64,000 nucleotides of DNA, from the IMG/VR virus record IMGVR_UViG_3300020358_000003; one strand, 5' to 3'. The notes under the pieces are model-generated. The model did not search any database. It was not told the origin of the DNA and saw nothing but the letters and a program-made list of their open reading frames with translations. The DNA comes from an uncultured virus (IMG/VR IMGVR_UViG_3300020358_000003). Its lineage: Duplodnaviria; Heunggongvirae; Uroviricota; Caudoviricetes. Shown here piece after piece: positions 39,619 to 51,200 of this stretch (position 1 is its first letter; every line of letters begins with the position of its first letter). Both the position numbers and the translations under genes were made by a program.

Positions 39619-41504
39619 TGCCCACTAACTACATTCAGAGCGGAGAAATCACTGATGGTGGTTTCGGATATGATTCTGCACCATTAATAATAGTTGCAGC
39701 ACCAACTATTCCAATACTAAAAGCAGTTATGCAACCAGCCTTAGATAGTGCTGCTACAACAATATCAATTGGAGTTGTTACCGCTGGATCACATTATCTA
39801 AATGCGCCAAATATTACAATATCATCGCCTACAGATTCAAGTAATAAACAAGCGTTAGTATCAGCAACATTGGTAAGTAATAAAGTAAGTTCTTTTTCAG
39901 TTACTAATGCTGGTAAATTTTATGATAGTTCTAGTATAGTTACTTTAACAATATCACCACCCATAGATTCAAGTAATAAACAAGCGTTAGTTACATCGTC
40001 AATATTGTCCAATAAAGTTTCTGGTTTAACAATAACTAATGCTGGCAAATTTTATGATAGTGATGGTGCTGGCACAGCAAATATAACAATATCGGCTCCA
40101 TTGGATAATGATAAACAAGCGTTAGTTACATCGTCAATATTGTCCAATAAAGTTTCTGGTTTAACAATAACTAATGCTGGCAAATTTTATGATAGTTCTA
40201 CACCACCAACCATCAGTGTTTTGAGTCCAACTGGTGATAGTAACAAACAAGCGACATTATCATTACAATATGATGCTATAAATGATAAGGTATCAGGATT
40301 AACTATAACCAATGCTGGTAAACTTTATGATAATTCTACACCACCCACAATAACAATTTCAGCCTTTGATTCTGTTGGTGGTTCAACTGCTACCGCCACA
40401 GCAACAATAGTTAATAATAGACTTTCAAGTGTTTTAATTACAGATTCTGGTAGTGGATATACAACATCACCAACTGTTACAATTTCAGCACCGACATTAC
40501 CGTTAAGTGATTTTACTGCGACAGCGACAAGCACTGTAACCAATAACAGATTAAATTCTGTGTTGATTACTGACTCTGGAGATTTTTATTCTAGCGAACC
40601 GACTGTTACTATTTCTGCACCAACACTACCATCAAGCAATTTTACCGCGACTGCGAGTTTAGTGATAGTTGACAATGTGGTGTCTACTGTGACTATTACA
40701 GATTCTGGGGATTTTTACACCTCTCCACCTAGTGTGACTATTTCCGCACCAGAAAAAATAGCAAGTGACTTCACTGCTAGTGCATTACCAGTGATAACCA
40801 ATGCGGTTTTATCATCTTTAACTATAACAGATTCTGGAAATTTTTATACAGATGCCCCAACAGTAACTATTTCAGCCCCAACCAAACTCGCGACTGATTT
40901 TACAGCCACTGCCGTTGCAAATATGAATCCAGTTGATAGTGATAATAGTATTTTATCTGTTACAATGACTAATGCTGGAAGATTTTATACAGAATTACCA
41001 ACAGTAATTTTTGATAGTGCAACTGGAGATAGTAACCATTTTAGAGCGAATGGATTTTCTATTGTACACCCAACAAATAGAACAATAACAGGAATAACCA
41101 TAACGGCTAGGGGAAAATATTATGATCCAAGTCTTGGCTCACCTGCAATTCATATCGCGGCACCAATTTTAGCAAAATATTCTGTTGGTGAAAAAATATC
41201 TCATCAATTAGCAACCACTAAACTTAGAGGTGAAATAACTAATTTTAATTCAGAAACTGGTGTAATGTCTTTAGTTCATGTGGGTGCTGATGATGGGAAA
41301 TATCATACTTTTTCAATTGGATCAGACTCAGACATTGTTGGTGCTGATAATGGATTTAAAACAAAAATTTTGTCAGTAAAAGAAGTTAATAAAATTTCTT
41401 CAAATGAACAGAATGAAGAGTTTGCTGCTAATGTTAGTGGTACTACATTAGATTTCTTGGATTTTTCTGAAACTAATCCATTTGGTGATCCAGGAGACGA
41501 ATAA
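39618..41504 (+). CDS. Repeat-rich protein corresponding to the C-terminal extension of gp14
   Basis: ATATA...ITDSGxxYxxxPTVTISAP repeats, ending LDFSETNPFG as gp14 of marine T4-like phages does. Own AGGAG SD and TAATG coupling. Confidence 0.75.
   Translation: MPTNYIQSGEITDGGFGYDSAPLIIVAAPTIPILKAVMQPALDSAATTISIGVVTAGSHYLNAPNITISSPTDSSNKQALVSATLVSNKVSSFSVTNAGKFYDSSSIVTLTISPPIDSSNKQALVTSSILSNKVSGLTITNAGKFYDSDGAGTANITISAPLDNDKQALVTSSILSNKVSGLTITNAGKFYDSSTPPTISVLSPTGDSNKQATLSLQYDAINDKVSGLTITNAGKLYDNSTPPTITISAFDSVGGSTATATATIVNNRLSSVLITDSGSGYTTSPTVTISAPTLPLSDFTATATSTVTNNRLNSVLITDSGDFYSSEPTVTISAPTLPSSNFTATASLVIVDNVVSTVTITDSGDFYTSPPSVTISAPEKIASDFTASALPVITNAVLSSLTITDSGNFYTDAPTVTISAPTKLATDFTATAVANMNPVDSDNSILSVTMTNAGRFYTELPTVIFDSATGDSNHFRANGFSIVHPTNRTITGITITARGKYYDPSLGSPAIHIAAPILAKYSVGEKISHQLATTKLRGEITNFNSETGVMSLVHVGADDGKYHTFSIGSDSDIVGADNGFKTKILSVKEVNKISSNEQNEEFAANVSGTTLDFLDFSETNPFGDPGDE
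39840..40920 (+). repeat. About 45-aa repeats, including an exact 86-bp direct repeat (39976-40061 and 40111-40196)
   Basis: KQALVTSSILSNKVSGLTITNAGKFYDS-type units, then DFTATA...ITDSGDFY...PTVTISAP-type units. Confidence 0.9.
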
Positions 41505-42298
41505 TGTTACAATATTTTTATCACGAACGAATTAGAAAATCAGTTGCAATATTTGGAACTATGTTTAATAACATCTATGTTCTAAGAAAAGATTCTTCTG
41601 GCAAAGTCATAAGTCAAGTGAAAGTTCCACTTTCATACGCACCTAAAGTAAAATATCTGGATAGGATTAGAGAGAATCCAACTCTTGAAAATGATACAAG
41701 AGTTGCTATTAAACTTCCTAGAATGTCCTTTGAGATAACATCATTCACGTACAATGCTGAACGTAAACTTCCTAAAATGAATGCGTATGATAAGAATTTA
41801 TCTGTAACATCTAATACTAAAAGAAATAAATTTTTCAGCCCAGCCCCATATGATATTGCATTTCAATTGAATATCTATGCAAAGACACAAGATGATGCTC
41901 TGCAAATGGTAGAACAGATAATCCCATATTTTAATCCTCATTATACCATAACAATGAAACCTTTTGCAACATTAGCCTCTGATATAAAAGAAGATGTTCC
42001 TATTACTTTAACAAGCGTAAATTTTGCGGATGATTTTGAAGGATCATTAGAACAAAGAAGAACCATAATTTATACTTTAGATTTTACAATGCTGGCGAAC
42101 TTTTATGGGCCTATTAATGATCATAGTATTATTAGAAAAACAACTACTGATGTTTATAACCAAATTTTAGGAGATTCTGCTGATCCTCAACTATCTCAAT
42201 ATACTATTGAACCAAATCCTTTAAATTTAGCACCACCACAAGGAGATAGTGATTTTGGATTTACTGAGACAATAAAAGAAAATTTTGATAGCGCATAG
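41504..42298 (+). CDS. gp15: Tail sheath stabiliser/terminator gp15
   Basis: YFYHERIRK, KVPLSYAPK, LPRMSFEI, QIIPYFNP, RRTIIYTLDF. Confidence 0.92.
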   Translation: MLQYFYHERIRKSVAIFGTMFNNIYVLRKDSSGKVISQVKVPLSYAPKVKYLDRIRENPTLENDTRVAIKLPRMSFEITSFTYNAERKLPKMNAYDKNLSVTSNTKRNKFFSPAPYDIAFQLNIYAKTQDDALQMVEQIIPYFNPHYTITMKPFATLASDIKEDVPITLTSVNFADDFEGSLEQRRTIIYTLDFTMLANFYGPINDHSIIRKTTTDVYNQILGDSADPQLSQYTIEPNPLNLAPPQGDSDFGFTETIKENFDSA

Positions 42299-42306
42299 GG
42301 AAAAAA

Positions 42307-42687
42307 ATGAGTGATTCAGATAATGAAAAAAATGATATTGAGTTTACAAGACAAACATATTACGATCTAATCAATAAAGGTCAAAATGCTTTAGATGAAA
42401 TGACTTCAATAGCAAGTGCGTTAGAGCATCCTAGAGCCTTTGAAGTTGTTGCGGGTTTAATTAAAAATGTATCAGAAGTAAGTGATAAACTTATTGATCT
42501 TCATAAAAAGAAATATGAATTAAGTAGGATTGATCCTACATTGGAAGGTGGGACTACAAATAATTTGTTTGTGGGTTCAACTGTAGAACTACAGAGAATG
42601 CTTCAAGATATGAAAGAACCGAAAACTGTTGATATTAAAGATAATGCAAATATCATAGAATTTAATCCAAAGAACGACGATGACTGA
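42307..42687 (+). CDS. gp16: Terminase small subunit gp16
   Basis: HPRAFEV and NNLFVGSTVELQRML; lies directly before gp17. Confidence 0.9.
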   Translation: MSDSDNEKNDIEFTRQTYYDLINKGQNALDEMTSIASALEHPRAFEVVAGLIKNVSEVSDKLIDLHKKKYELSRIDPTLEGGTTNNLFVGSTVELQRMLQDMKEPKTVDIKDNANIIEFNPKNDDD

Positions 42688-44281
42688 TCGTCAAGTAAAC
42701 AATTCATATCTTGGAAATATGAACGTAAAACGTGATGGAGTAATCCAAGATTGGGATCAAGCAAGTGTCTTGGAATATCAAAAATGTATGAATGACCCAG
42801 CATATTTTGCTAAAACGTATTGTAAAATAATATCACTTGATAAAGGTCTTGTCAATTTTGATTTATATCCCTATCAAGAAAAAATGTTTAAGCAATTTAC
42901 CGATAATAGATTTTCTATTGTTCTGGCGTGTCGGCAATCAGGTAAATCAATATCATCAGTAGCATATTTACTTTGGTTTGCTTTGTTTAACCCAGAACAA
43001 GTTATTGCAGTGATGGCAAATAAAGGCGCGACAGCAAGAGAAATGTTAGGAAGAGTAACTCTTATGTTAGAGAACCTACCTTTCTTTTTACAGCCCGGTT
43101 GTAAAGCACTGAATAAAGGTTCAATTGAATTTAGTAATAATTCTAGAATTGTGGCGGCGGCTACATCTGGTTCTTCTATTCGTGGTATGTCTGTAAATCT
43201 CCTATATCTTGACGAATTTGCGTTTGTTGAGAGGGCGAATGAGTTTTATACTTCAACATATCCTGTTGTTTCTGCTGGGGAAAATACTAAGGTTATCATC
43301 ACTTCTACTGCAAACGGCATAGGTAATGTATTCCATAAAATTTGGGAAGGTGCTGTTCAAGAAGTAAATGAATATAAGCCTTTTCGCGTTGATTGGTTTG
43401 ATGTTCCGGGCAGAGATGAGGAATGGAAAAATCAAACTATAGCAAACACTTCACAAGTACAATTTGACCAAGAATTTGGAAACACATTTATTGGTACTGG
43501 CAATACACTCATTGAAGTGGAGACATTACTCTCATTATCAGCAAGAATCCCTAAAAAAAGAATTGACAAGGACAGTGTTTTAATATATAATGAACCGATA
43601 GAAGGCCATACCTATACATGTATGGTAGATATTGCACAAGGTAGAGGTAGAGATTATTCAACCTTTAATATAATAGATGTTTCAAGTGACGTATTTGAAC
43701 AAGTCGCAGTATATAGAAATAATCTAATATCACCATTACTATTTCCAAACATAATTTACAAATATGCCAAAGCATATAATATGGCAACTGTTGTGGTTGA
43801 ATCTAATGATGCTGGCATGGTTGTAGCAAACGGATTATATCACGATCTAGAATATGAAAATATGTATGTAGAATCATTAGTGAAAGCAGATTCTATTGGT
43901 ATTAAAATGAATAAAAAAGTAAAAAGAATGGGTTGTTCATCATTCAAAGACTTACTTGAAAATCAAAAAATACTTATACACGATGAAAATACTATTTTAG
44001 AAATATCTACATTTTCAGCAAAGGGAAATTCATGGGAAGCGAGTGATGGTAATCATGATGATCTAGTAATGAATTTTGTTCTTTTTGGTTATTTTGTAGG
44101 TACACTTCATTTTAATGAAATTACAGATATAGAAATTAAAGATTTATTATTTTCCCAAAGAATGGAAGAAATTGAGAATGATGTGCTTCCATTTGGATTT
44201 ATAGATGATGGGAGAGAAGAAATTATTGTTGATCATGATGCAAGTAGATGGCATGTGCAAACAGAGTATGAAAGGTTCTAA
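42680..44281 (+). CDS. gp17: Terminase large subunit gp17
   Basis: Walker A RQSGKS, Walker B LLYLDEFAF, nuclease acidic residues VDIAQG and HDDLVM. Confidence 0.97.
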   Translation: MTDRQVNNSYLGNMNVKRDGVIQDWDQASVLEYQKCMNDPAYFAKTYCKIISLDKGLVNFDLYPYQEKMFKQFTDNRFSIVLACRQSGKSISSVAYLLWFALFNPEQVIAVMANKGATAREMLGRVTLMLENLPFFLQPGCKALNKGSIEFSNNSRIVAAATSGSSIRGMSVNLLYLDEFAFVERANEFYTSTYPVVSAGENTKVIITSTANGIGNVFHKIWEGAVQEVNEYKPFRVDWFDVPGRDEEWKNQTIANTSQVQFDQEFGNTFIGTGNTLIEVETLLSLSARIPKKRIDKDSVLIYNEPIEGHTYTCMVDIAQGRGRDYSTFNIIDVSSDVFEQVAVYRNNLISPLLFPNIIYKYAKAYNMATVVVESNDAGMVVANGLYHDLEYENMYVESLVKADSIGIKMNKKVKRMGCSSFKDLLENQKILIHDENTILEISTFSAKGNSWEASDGNHDDLVMNFVLFGYFVGTLHFNEITDIEIKDLLFSQRMEEIENDVLPFGFIDDGREEIIVDHDASRWHVQTEYERF

Positions 44282-44292
44282 AATACCGTTTA

Positions 44293-44300
44293 TATAAATA
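44293..44300 (+). promoter_or_regulatory. T4-type late promoter TATAAATA
   Basis: Exact consensus upstream of gp18. Confidence 0.8.
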
Positions 44301-44364
44301 CAAGTAATTGAACATAACCGTATTATGAAGAACTTATTAATTTACTTGGAAAAGGAAAAGAGAA

Positions 44365-46104
44365 ATGGCATTAACAGCACCCTCTGAATCTCCTGCAATC
44401 GTTGTAAAAGAAGTTGATTTAACTAGTGGAGTCCCAAACATACCTACATCTACAGGTGCTATGGTCGGGAACTTTTCTTGGGGTCCATGTGACATACCCA
44501 CACTGGTTAGCAACGAAGCAACATTAGTCGGAACTTTTGGAAGTCCTGATACAGTTAATACTGTAGACTTCCACACAGCAGCATATTATCTTAGATATTC
44601 TAATGATCTATACGTTGTTAGAGATTACACATCAGTAGCAAAAAATGCTTCTGATACAAACGCAAGTAGTATACCACTTGTTACTAATAGAGATAACTTT
44701 GACAGTCAAATTGCGGCATTAGCAACAGCAACACATAACTTTATAGCAAAATATCCGGGAACATTAGGAAACAGTATATCAGTTTCTTTTTCTGGACAAG
44801 GTGATACAGGTTATGCTACTTGGCCGTATAAGTCATATTATGATGCAGCACCAGGAACATCAGATTTTGCAGCGGCAGCAGGTGCAACAAATGATGAAGC
44901 ACATATTGCCGTTATAGATGAAGATGGAGCAATTAGTGGAACTGCTGGTACAGTTTTAGAAACATTCCCATTTGTGTCTATTGCACTAGGTGCAAAAACT
45001 TCAGACGGAACTTCAAACTATATTTTGAATGTTATAAACACTAGATCACAATATATTTGGATGGCAGGAATTGCAACAGCAACCTTCGGAACAAATGCTG
45101 GTAGTGCGCCAACAACTGGTTTAGATTTTGCGGCTGGTTTAGCCGTTGATGTTAATGTATCATTAGTTGGTGGGGTAAATTCAGCAGCACTTGGCACGGC
45201 AGATTTTGCAACAGGATTTGATAAATTTGAAGACCCAAATGCTTTGGCTATTGACTTTATGATTGCACCAGGTATGGCAACAGCAGCAGACCATGCAACT
45301 GTTGTGAATGATATGATTACAACTGCACAATCAATTCGTAAGGATTGTATGGTACTTGCATCACCAAATCGTGCAGCAGTAGTTGGGCAAACAACTTCAG
45401 CGGCGGCGGTCACGGCAATTTCAAGCGCAATGACTTCTAATGGATTTACAAGAAGTTCTTATCTTGCTGTTGATAACAACTATCTAAAAGTTTACGACAA
45501 ATATAATGATCAATACATTTTTATTCCAGCAGCATCTTCTACAGCAGGTATTATGGCGGCAACAGACAATAATTTTGCTCCATGGTTCTCACCAGCAGGT
45601 ACACGTAGAGGTCAATATTTTGGTGTAACTAGTTTGGCGTATTCGCCAAATAAATCAGAGAGAGATACGCTGTATAAAGCAGGTATCAACCCAATCGCTA
45701 ATATTCCGGGCCAAGGCGTATTGCTTTATGGTGATAAAACTCACTTAGCAAGACCATCCGCATTTGATCGGATTAATGTTCGCAGGTTGTTCCTTGTTCT
45801 TGAGAGAGCAATTTCAGCAGCGGCACAAAACATTCTGTTTGAATTTAACGATGAGTTTACAAGGGCAGAATTTGTAAATATCGTTGAACCTCTACTCAGA
45901 GATGTGAAAGGTAGAAGGGGAATTACCGATTTCAAATTGGTTTGTGATGAAACTAATAACACACCGTTAATTATAGATTCAAATCAATTTATCGCTTCCC
46001 TATTCATCAAACCTGCAAGGTCTATTAACTTCATCACTCTTAACTTTGTTGCTGTACGCACTGGAGTTTCGTTTGAAGAAGTTGTTGGCACTTCTGGCGT
46101 ATAA
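44365..46104 (+). CDS. gp18: Contractile tail sheath gp18
   Basis: SPAIVVKEVDLT, PWFSPAG, AFDRINVRRLF, FIKPARSINFITLNFVAVRTGVSFEE. Confidence 0.97.
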   Translation: MALTAPSESPAIVVKEVDLTSGVPNIPTSTGAMVGNFSWGPCDIPTLVSNEATLVGTFGSPDTVNTVDFHTAAYYLRYSNDLYVVRDYTSVAKNASDTNASSIPLVTNRDNFDSQIAALATATHNFIAKYPGTLGNSISVSFSGQGDTGYATWPYKSYYDAAPGTSDFAAAAGATNDEAHIAVIDEDGAISGTAGTVLETFPFVSIALGAKTSDGTSNYILNVINTRSQYIWMAGIATATFGTNAGSAPTTGLDFAAGLAVDVNVSLVGGVNSAALGTADFATGFDKFEDPNALAIDFMIAPGMATAADHATVVNDMITTAQSIRKDCMVLASPNRAAVVGQTTSAAAVTAISSAMTSNGFTRSSYLAVDNNYLKVYDKYNDQYIFIPAASSTAGIMAATDNNFAPWFSPAGTRRGQYFGVTSLAYSPNKSERDTLYKAGINPIANIPGQGVLLYGDKTHLARPSAFDRINVRRLFLVLERAISAAAQNILFEFNDEFTRAEFVNIVEPLLRDVKGRRGITDFKLVCDETNNTPLIIDSNQFIASLFIKPARSINFITLNFVAVRTGVSFEEVVGTSGV

Positions 46105-46124
46105 GATAGCATAGGAGATAAAAA

Positions 46125-46652
46125 ATGGCGATTTTAGGCGTAGACGATTTTAAAGCAAAATTAAAAGGGGGTGGCGCAAGAGCAAACCTTTTTAAAGCAA
46201 CCATTAACTTTCCAGGATATGCAGCAGGTAATGTTGAACTTACATCTTTTATGTGTAGGGCAGCACAACTTCCAGCATCAACACTGAATGCAATTGAAGT
46301 TCCCTTCAGAGGTAGACAGTTAAAAATTGCTGGAGATAGGACATTTGAAACTTGGACCACAACAATCATTAACGATACAGATTTTGGTACAAGAGATGCC
46401 CTAGAGCGTTGGATGAATGGTATTAATTCTCATACCACCAACATTGGATTTACCAATCCTCAAACTTATCAAGCAGACCTTTTGGTTGATCAACTTGATA
46501 AGGATGAAAGTGTTCTGAAAAGATATATTTTCAGAGGTTGTTTTCCAACTAATATTTCTTCAATTGAATTATCTTATGATACTCAAGATGCTATTGAAGA
46601 ATTTACTTGCGAGTTCCAAGTACAATATTGGGAAAGTAATACCACAAGTTAA
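46125..46652 (+). CDS. gp19: Tail tube gp19
   Basis: GGARANLF, VPFRGRQLKIAGDRTFETW, IEEFTCEFQVQYW. Confidence 0.96.
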   Translation: MAILGVDDFKAKLKGGGARANLFKATINFPGYAAGNVELTSFMCRAAQLPASTLNAIEVPFRGRQLKIAGDRTFETWTTTIINDTDFGTRDALERWMNGINSHTTNIGFTNPQTYQADLLVDQLDKDESVLKRYIFRGCFPTNISSIELSYDTQDAIEEFTCEFQVQYWESNTTS

Positions 46653-46654
46653 CG

Positions 46655-46662
46655 TATAAATA
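46655..46662 (+). promoter_or_regulatory. T4-type late promoter TATAAATA
   Basis: Exact consensus between gp19 and gp20. Confidence 0.75.
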
Positions 46663-46671
46663 CTTGTGAAA

Positions 46672-46695
46672 AGTGGGGGGATTCGTTCCCCCACT
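46672..46695 (+). other. GC-rich UUCG-loop hairpin in the gp19-gp20 gap
   Basis: AGTGGGGGGA-TTCG-TTCCCCCACT, a 10-bp stem with one G-U pair and no U tract. Confidence 0.7.
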
Positions 46696-46719
46696 CAATA
46701 TAAATTATAGGAATGTTTC

Positions 46720-48252
46720 ATGGCAGAAAATACGGTTTCTCTCTTTGGTTTTGAAATAAAACGAAAGAAGCAAGGTGATAAAGATTCGGAACGAATTAAA
46801 AGTGTAGTTGCGCCACAAAATGATGATGGTGCTGGATATATTACTGCATCTGGAAGTCATTTTGGTCAGTATGTGGACATTGATGGTGACAACACCAAAG
46901 ATAATATCGCAATGATTAACAAATATCGTGGAATTTCTATTCATCCAGAAGTTGATATGGCGATAGAAGATATTGTAAATGAAGCGATTGTAAATAATTC
47001 AGATGAAAGTACTTTATCCTTAAATACCGATGATATAGAAGCACCAGATAATATTAAAAAAATTGTTCAAGAGGAATTTGGAAATGTTCTTTCAATGTTT
47101 GATGCATCTGAACATGCTCATGATTTATTTAAAAGATGGTACATTGATGGTAGAATTTATCATCACATTTTAGTTGATGAAAAAAATGAAAAAGCGGGTA
47201 TTCAAGAATTAAGATTTATTGATGCTACCAAAATAAGAAAAATTAAAGAAGTCAAAACTAAAAAAGACGCTAATACAAATGCAGATATTATTGAATCAAT
47301 TAATGAGTATTTCATATATACCGAAAAACCAGGAAAAACATCAGCGGGTCAAATACAGAATAAAGGTGTAAAATTTACACTAGATTCAATTAATTATGTA
47401 ACAAGTGGTCTTTTAGACGAATCTAGAAAAAAGGTTGTTTCTCATTTACATAAGTGCATTAAGCCTGTAAATCAATTAAGAATGATGGAAGACTCTCTAG
47501 TAATTTACAGATTGAGTCGCGCACCAGAACGTAGAATTTTCTATGTTGATGTTGGTAACTTACCAAAAGGTAAAGCAGAAGAATACATGAAAAATATTAT
47601 GACCAAATATCGTAACAAATTGGTTTACGATGCTGGTACTGGAGAATTGCGTGATGATCGTAAGCATATGTCAATGCTAGAAGATTTTTGGTTGCCGCGC
47701 AGAGAAGGTGGTAGAGGAACTGAAGTAACAACACTTCCAGGTGGTGATAACTTAGGTCAGATTGATGATATCATATATTTTCAAAAACGGTTATACCGTT
47801 CATTAAATGTTCCACTGAATAGACTAGAACAAGAATCACAATTTTCCCTTGGTAGAAACAACGAAATTACAAGAGAAGAAGTAAAGTTTAGTAAATTTAT
47901 AGACCGTCTTCGCAAAAAATTTAGTATGATTTTTTTACAAGTTTTGAAAAAACAATTAGTTCTTAAAAAAATTATAACTGAAGCCGATTGGGATGTTTGG
48001 AAAACTAGTATTAGAGTTGATTATGCAAGAGATAATTATTTTTCTGAGTTGAAAGATGCAGAAATATTAAGAGAAAGATTGCAGACGCTTGATATAATGA
48101 CTCAGTATGTTGGCGACTATTTCTCTAAAGAATGGGTATTTAAAAATGTGTTAAAATATTCAGAAGAGGATATTAAAGACTTGAAATCTCAAGTAGAGGA
48201 TGAAATAAAAAGCGGAGAAATAGCAGACCCCGCTGATGCTGAAGAAGAGTAA
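46720..48252 (+). CDS. gp20: Portal protein gp20
   Basis: NQLRMMEDSLVIYRLSRAPERRIFYVDVGNLPK, EDFWLPRREGGRGTEVTTLPGG. Confidence 0.98.
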   Translation: MAENTVSLFGFEIKRKKQGDKDSERIKSVVAPQNDDGAGYITASGSHFGQYVDIDGDNTKDNIAMINKYRGISIHPEVDMAIEDIVNEAIVNNSDESTLSLNTDDIEAPDNIKKIVQEEFGNVLSMFDASEHAHDLFKRWYIDGRIYHHILVDEKNEKAGIQELRFIDATKIRKIKEVKTKKDANTNADIIESINEYFIYTEKPGKTSAGQIQNKGVKFTLDSINYVTSGLLDESRKKVVSHLHKCIKPVNQLRMMEDSLVIYRLSRAPERRIFYVDVGNLPKGKAEEYMKNIMTKYRNKLVYDAGTGELRDDRKHMSMLEDFWLPRREGGRGTEVTTLPGGDNLGQIDDIIYFQKRLYRSLNVPLNRLEQESQFSLGRNNEITREEVKFSKFIDRLRKKFSMIFLQVLKKQLVLKKIITEADWDVWKTSIRVDYARDNYFSELKDAEILRERLQTLDIMTQYVGDYFSKEWVFKNVLKYSEEDIKDLKSQVEDEIKSGEIADPADAEEE

Positions 48253-48254
48253 GT

Positions 48255-51200
48255 ATGAAAAATGATATTCTAAAGTATATAATACATCCACAAGGAATTA
48301 CTGGAACATTAGATTTAAGAGATAATGCTGAGATAGAGTTTCCTTTTAACACAATAAGTGTTACTATAGGAATAGATTTAGATCAAACTTTTGAGCAGAA
48401 TAGGGCTTGGAAACCTGTCACTATTGATGGAGTTGATGTTAGTTCTGATTACCCATATTTTAGACCCAATAATTACGTTTGGGAATATACTTCAACAATA
48501 CCCACAGACCCAATATTCTCTGATGTTGTAATACAAACGTATTCTTCCTCAAATGAAAATACTGCTAAAAATGATATGTGGTCTGATATCAATCAACCAA
48601 CATATCAAGGAATAAAATTAAAATTAAAAATAGCACCGTCTGATATTATTTTAGGATCAAATTCTGGTGTGGTCATATCATCTGGATCAGAAGATTCATC
48701 TACTGGATTAACAGATTCATCTAAATCAAATAGTGTGTTTAGTGGTCTTGTCGCGGATAGTGGTAGATTTAATGATCTTTATGCTGACAGTGCATATTTT
48801 AAATATCTCAGGGCAGACAGTGCCGATATAAAATGGTTAAGGGCTGATAGTGTTGATATTATCTCTCTTAGGGCTGATAGTGGATATATAAAACAATTAA
48901 CCTCAGATAGTGGATATTTTAAATATCTTAGGGCAGATAGTGGATATATTTCTCAATTTAGATCAGATAGCGCAAAAATATCATTCTTGAATGTTCCAAA
49001 ACTAAGTGGTGATAGTGCAAGTATTCAATCAGAACTTAGAGTGGGCAGGTATGTTTTTGACGCTGGTGAATGGGATAGTAATGATTTATTAACAGATATT
49101 AATGCACTTGCTAAAGATGACTTTGGTGGCATTTATTATACTCAACCAGATTCTATAAGTGGTATTAGAGAAAAATTTGCACATGTAAAGTATGACCAGA
49201 TAGATAAAAAATGGCAATTTTTTCCGAATTTAAATATCTCTGATCTGGATAGTTCTGGTGTCGTTGATAGCGAAAATGCAGTTTCAAAATCATCCAATAT
49301 GCCTTTTGGAGAAGGTGAGAACGGACAATTTCTTTTCTATGATAAATTTCAAAAAAAGTACGATTGGGATTATATTGTAACAAGTGGTAAATTTGTATTT
49401 GATAGTGATCAATTATCAAATGCTCTAAAAAATATTCCTGCTGATCTTGGATCAGATTCGGATAAAGCAGAAAGTTTAAAACAATATTTTGATTATAAGT
49501 TTTATAGTCATGGTGATGAGAAATTTATTGAAAGTGGTGGAAATTTAATATTAGTACAGTCTAATATTGATAACCTTAATTCATTTAACAACCACGACAA
49601 AATAAAATCTGCGAGGGTGAATAACCAAAATACATACGTGTATTTAGATTCCAATAATCATACATTTAATACTACTAATTTGGATTCTGATAGACTCAAT
49701 ATAACATCTAAAATACAAAAAATTAATAAATCTATTAATGGAGTTTATTCAAATAGTCCTTCACAATCCTATACATTGCAAGCAACATTTAGTGCTGTTG
49801 ATAGTGAAAAACAAACTGGTGCTATGGGTATATTAGTTGGATTAATAAAATCTGGTTTAGATGAAAAAACATTAACTGTATTAAGAAGCACTAGACAAGA
49901 CGGTATGTTTGATTCTGATATAGATATGGTAAAAACTCGCGATGACTACCCATTTAATTTTGAATTAGTATATAATGCTGGTCAAGCAGATGAAACTGTA
50001 ATTAATATGGGTAGAATAGTTGAAGCACCACCAATTAATACTGATGCATCATGGGATTCTAGTGGTCATGTTGTAATTAAGGTTCAAAAAAGAGACTATA
50101 GTTTAGTAATAGAAACGAGTCAGTTTGGAGACTCTTCAATTGATCCTCTGACAACGAAAAGAATTGATCTTTATGATAACTTAGGAATTCCCTCAGAAGT
50201 AGATTATCTTGATTTAAGAGAATTTGGAAATCCTGTTCATTATGGATTTGCGTTTGATAAAATTTCAAATGCAACAGTGAAAGATATATTATTCTCTGAA
50301 GGCGTAGAAGGTTTGAATCAGACTGATGCAAACACTGTTGTAGACTTACAAAATAAAACAGCATACATATATTTTGATAGTGATAAAGCATTAGATTTTG
50401 GGGTTTCCAAAGGATATCATCAGACTGATAGTGATGGTTTTGGTGGGCCTATTGTTGGCGGCGATATAATTACTGGTAGACTTTATCATAATCCAGAATT
50501 AGGTGCTACTTGGTATCAAGACCCATATTCAACATTTCAAATAGGGCAAGTACAAAGTAAGGCCCAGCAGAAACTCTTAGATGGCGTTAAATTATTCATA
50601 GCAGGTGGTTATGATGGAGATAAACGCAGAACAATAGAAAAAGATGATCTTGGGTTAGAAGGCATTGATAATAGTTTTATAAAAAATGAAAAAGGTATAA
50701 CACTCACAGTTTTTACAGATATTGGTGATTTAGTCTCAACTACAAATTATGATATAGATGCAACGGTTGATACTAGTGGGGTTGTTGCTCAACAAATGGC
50801 AACAGATTTAACTGCTTTGAGAAATGGTGGAACTAATAATATTTGTGTAATTACATCTTTTGGTAATTGGAAATATACCGATTCATTTTTAATAGCAGAA
50901 TTAAAAGAACATGGTTTAGTAAAATTATCAGCGGCTGGTACGGCAGCAATAGGAAATTATCAATATGCTGCTATTTTTCAACTCGGATCAAAAAGTAAAG
51001 TTTATGAAGTTGCTGAGTTTGCGGATTCAATAAATCAGGCAATGATAAGAGTTTTCATATTAAACAAAACCTTTTTCTTAATTGGTGGAGAAACTAATAG
51101 TAATAGCGCACTGACTAATTTTAGAGGAACTATTATTGCAGAAACTACTGGAGCCAACGATTTAAAATTAAGTGGTGGTGTTATTGCTACCACACCATCA

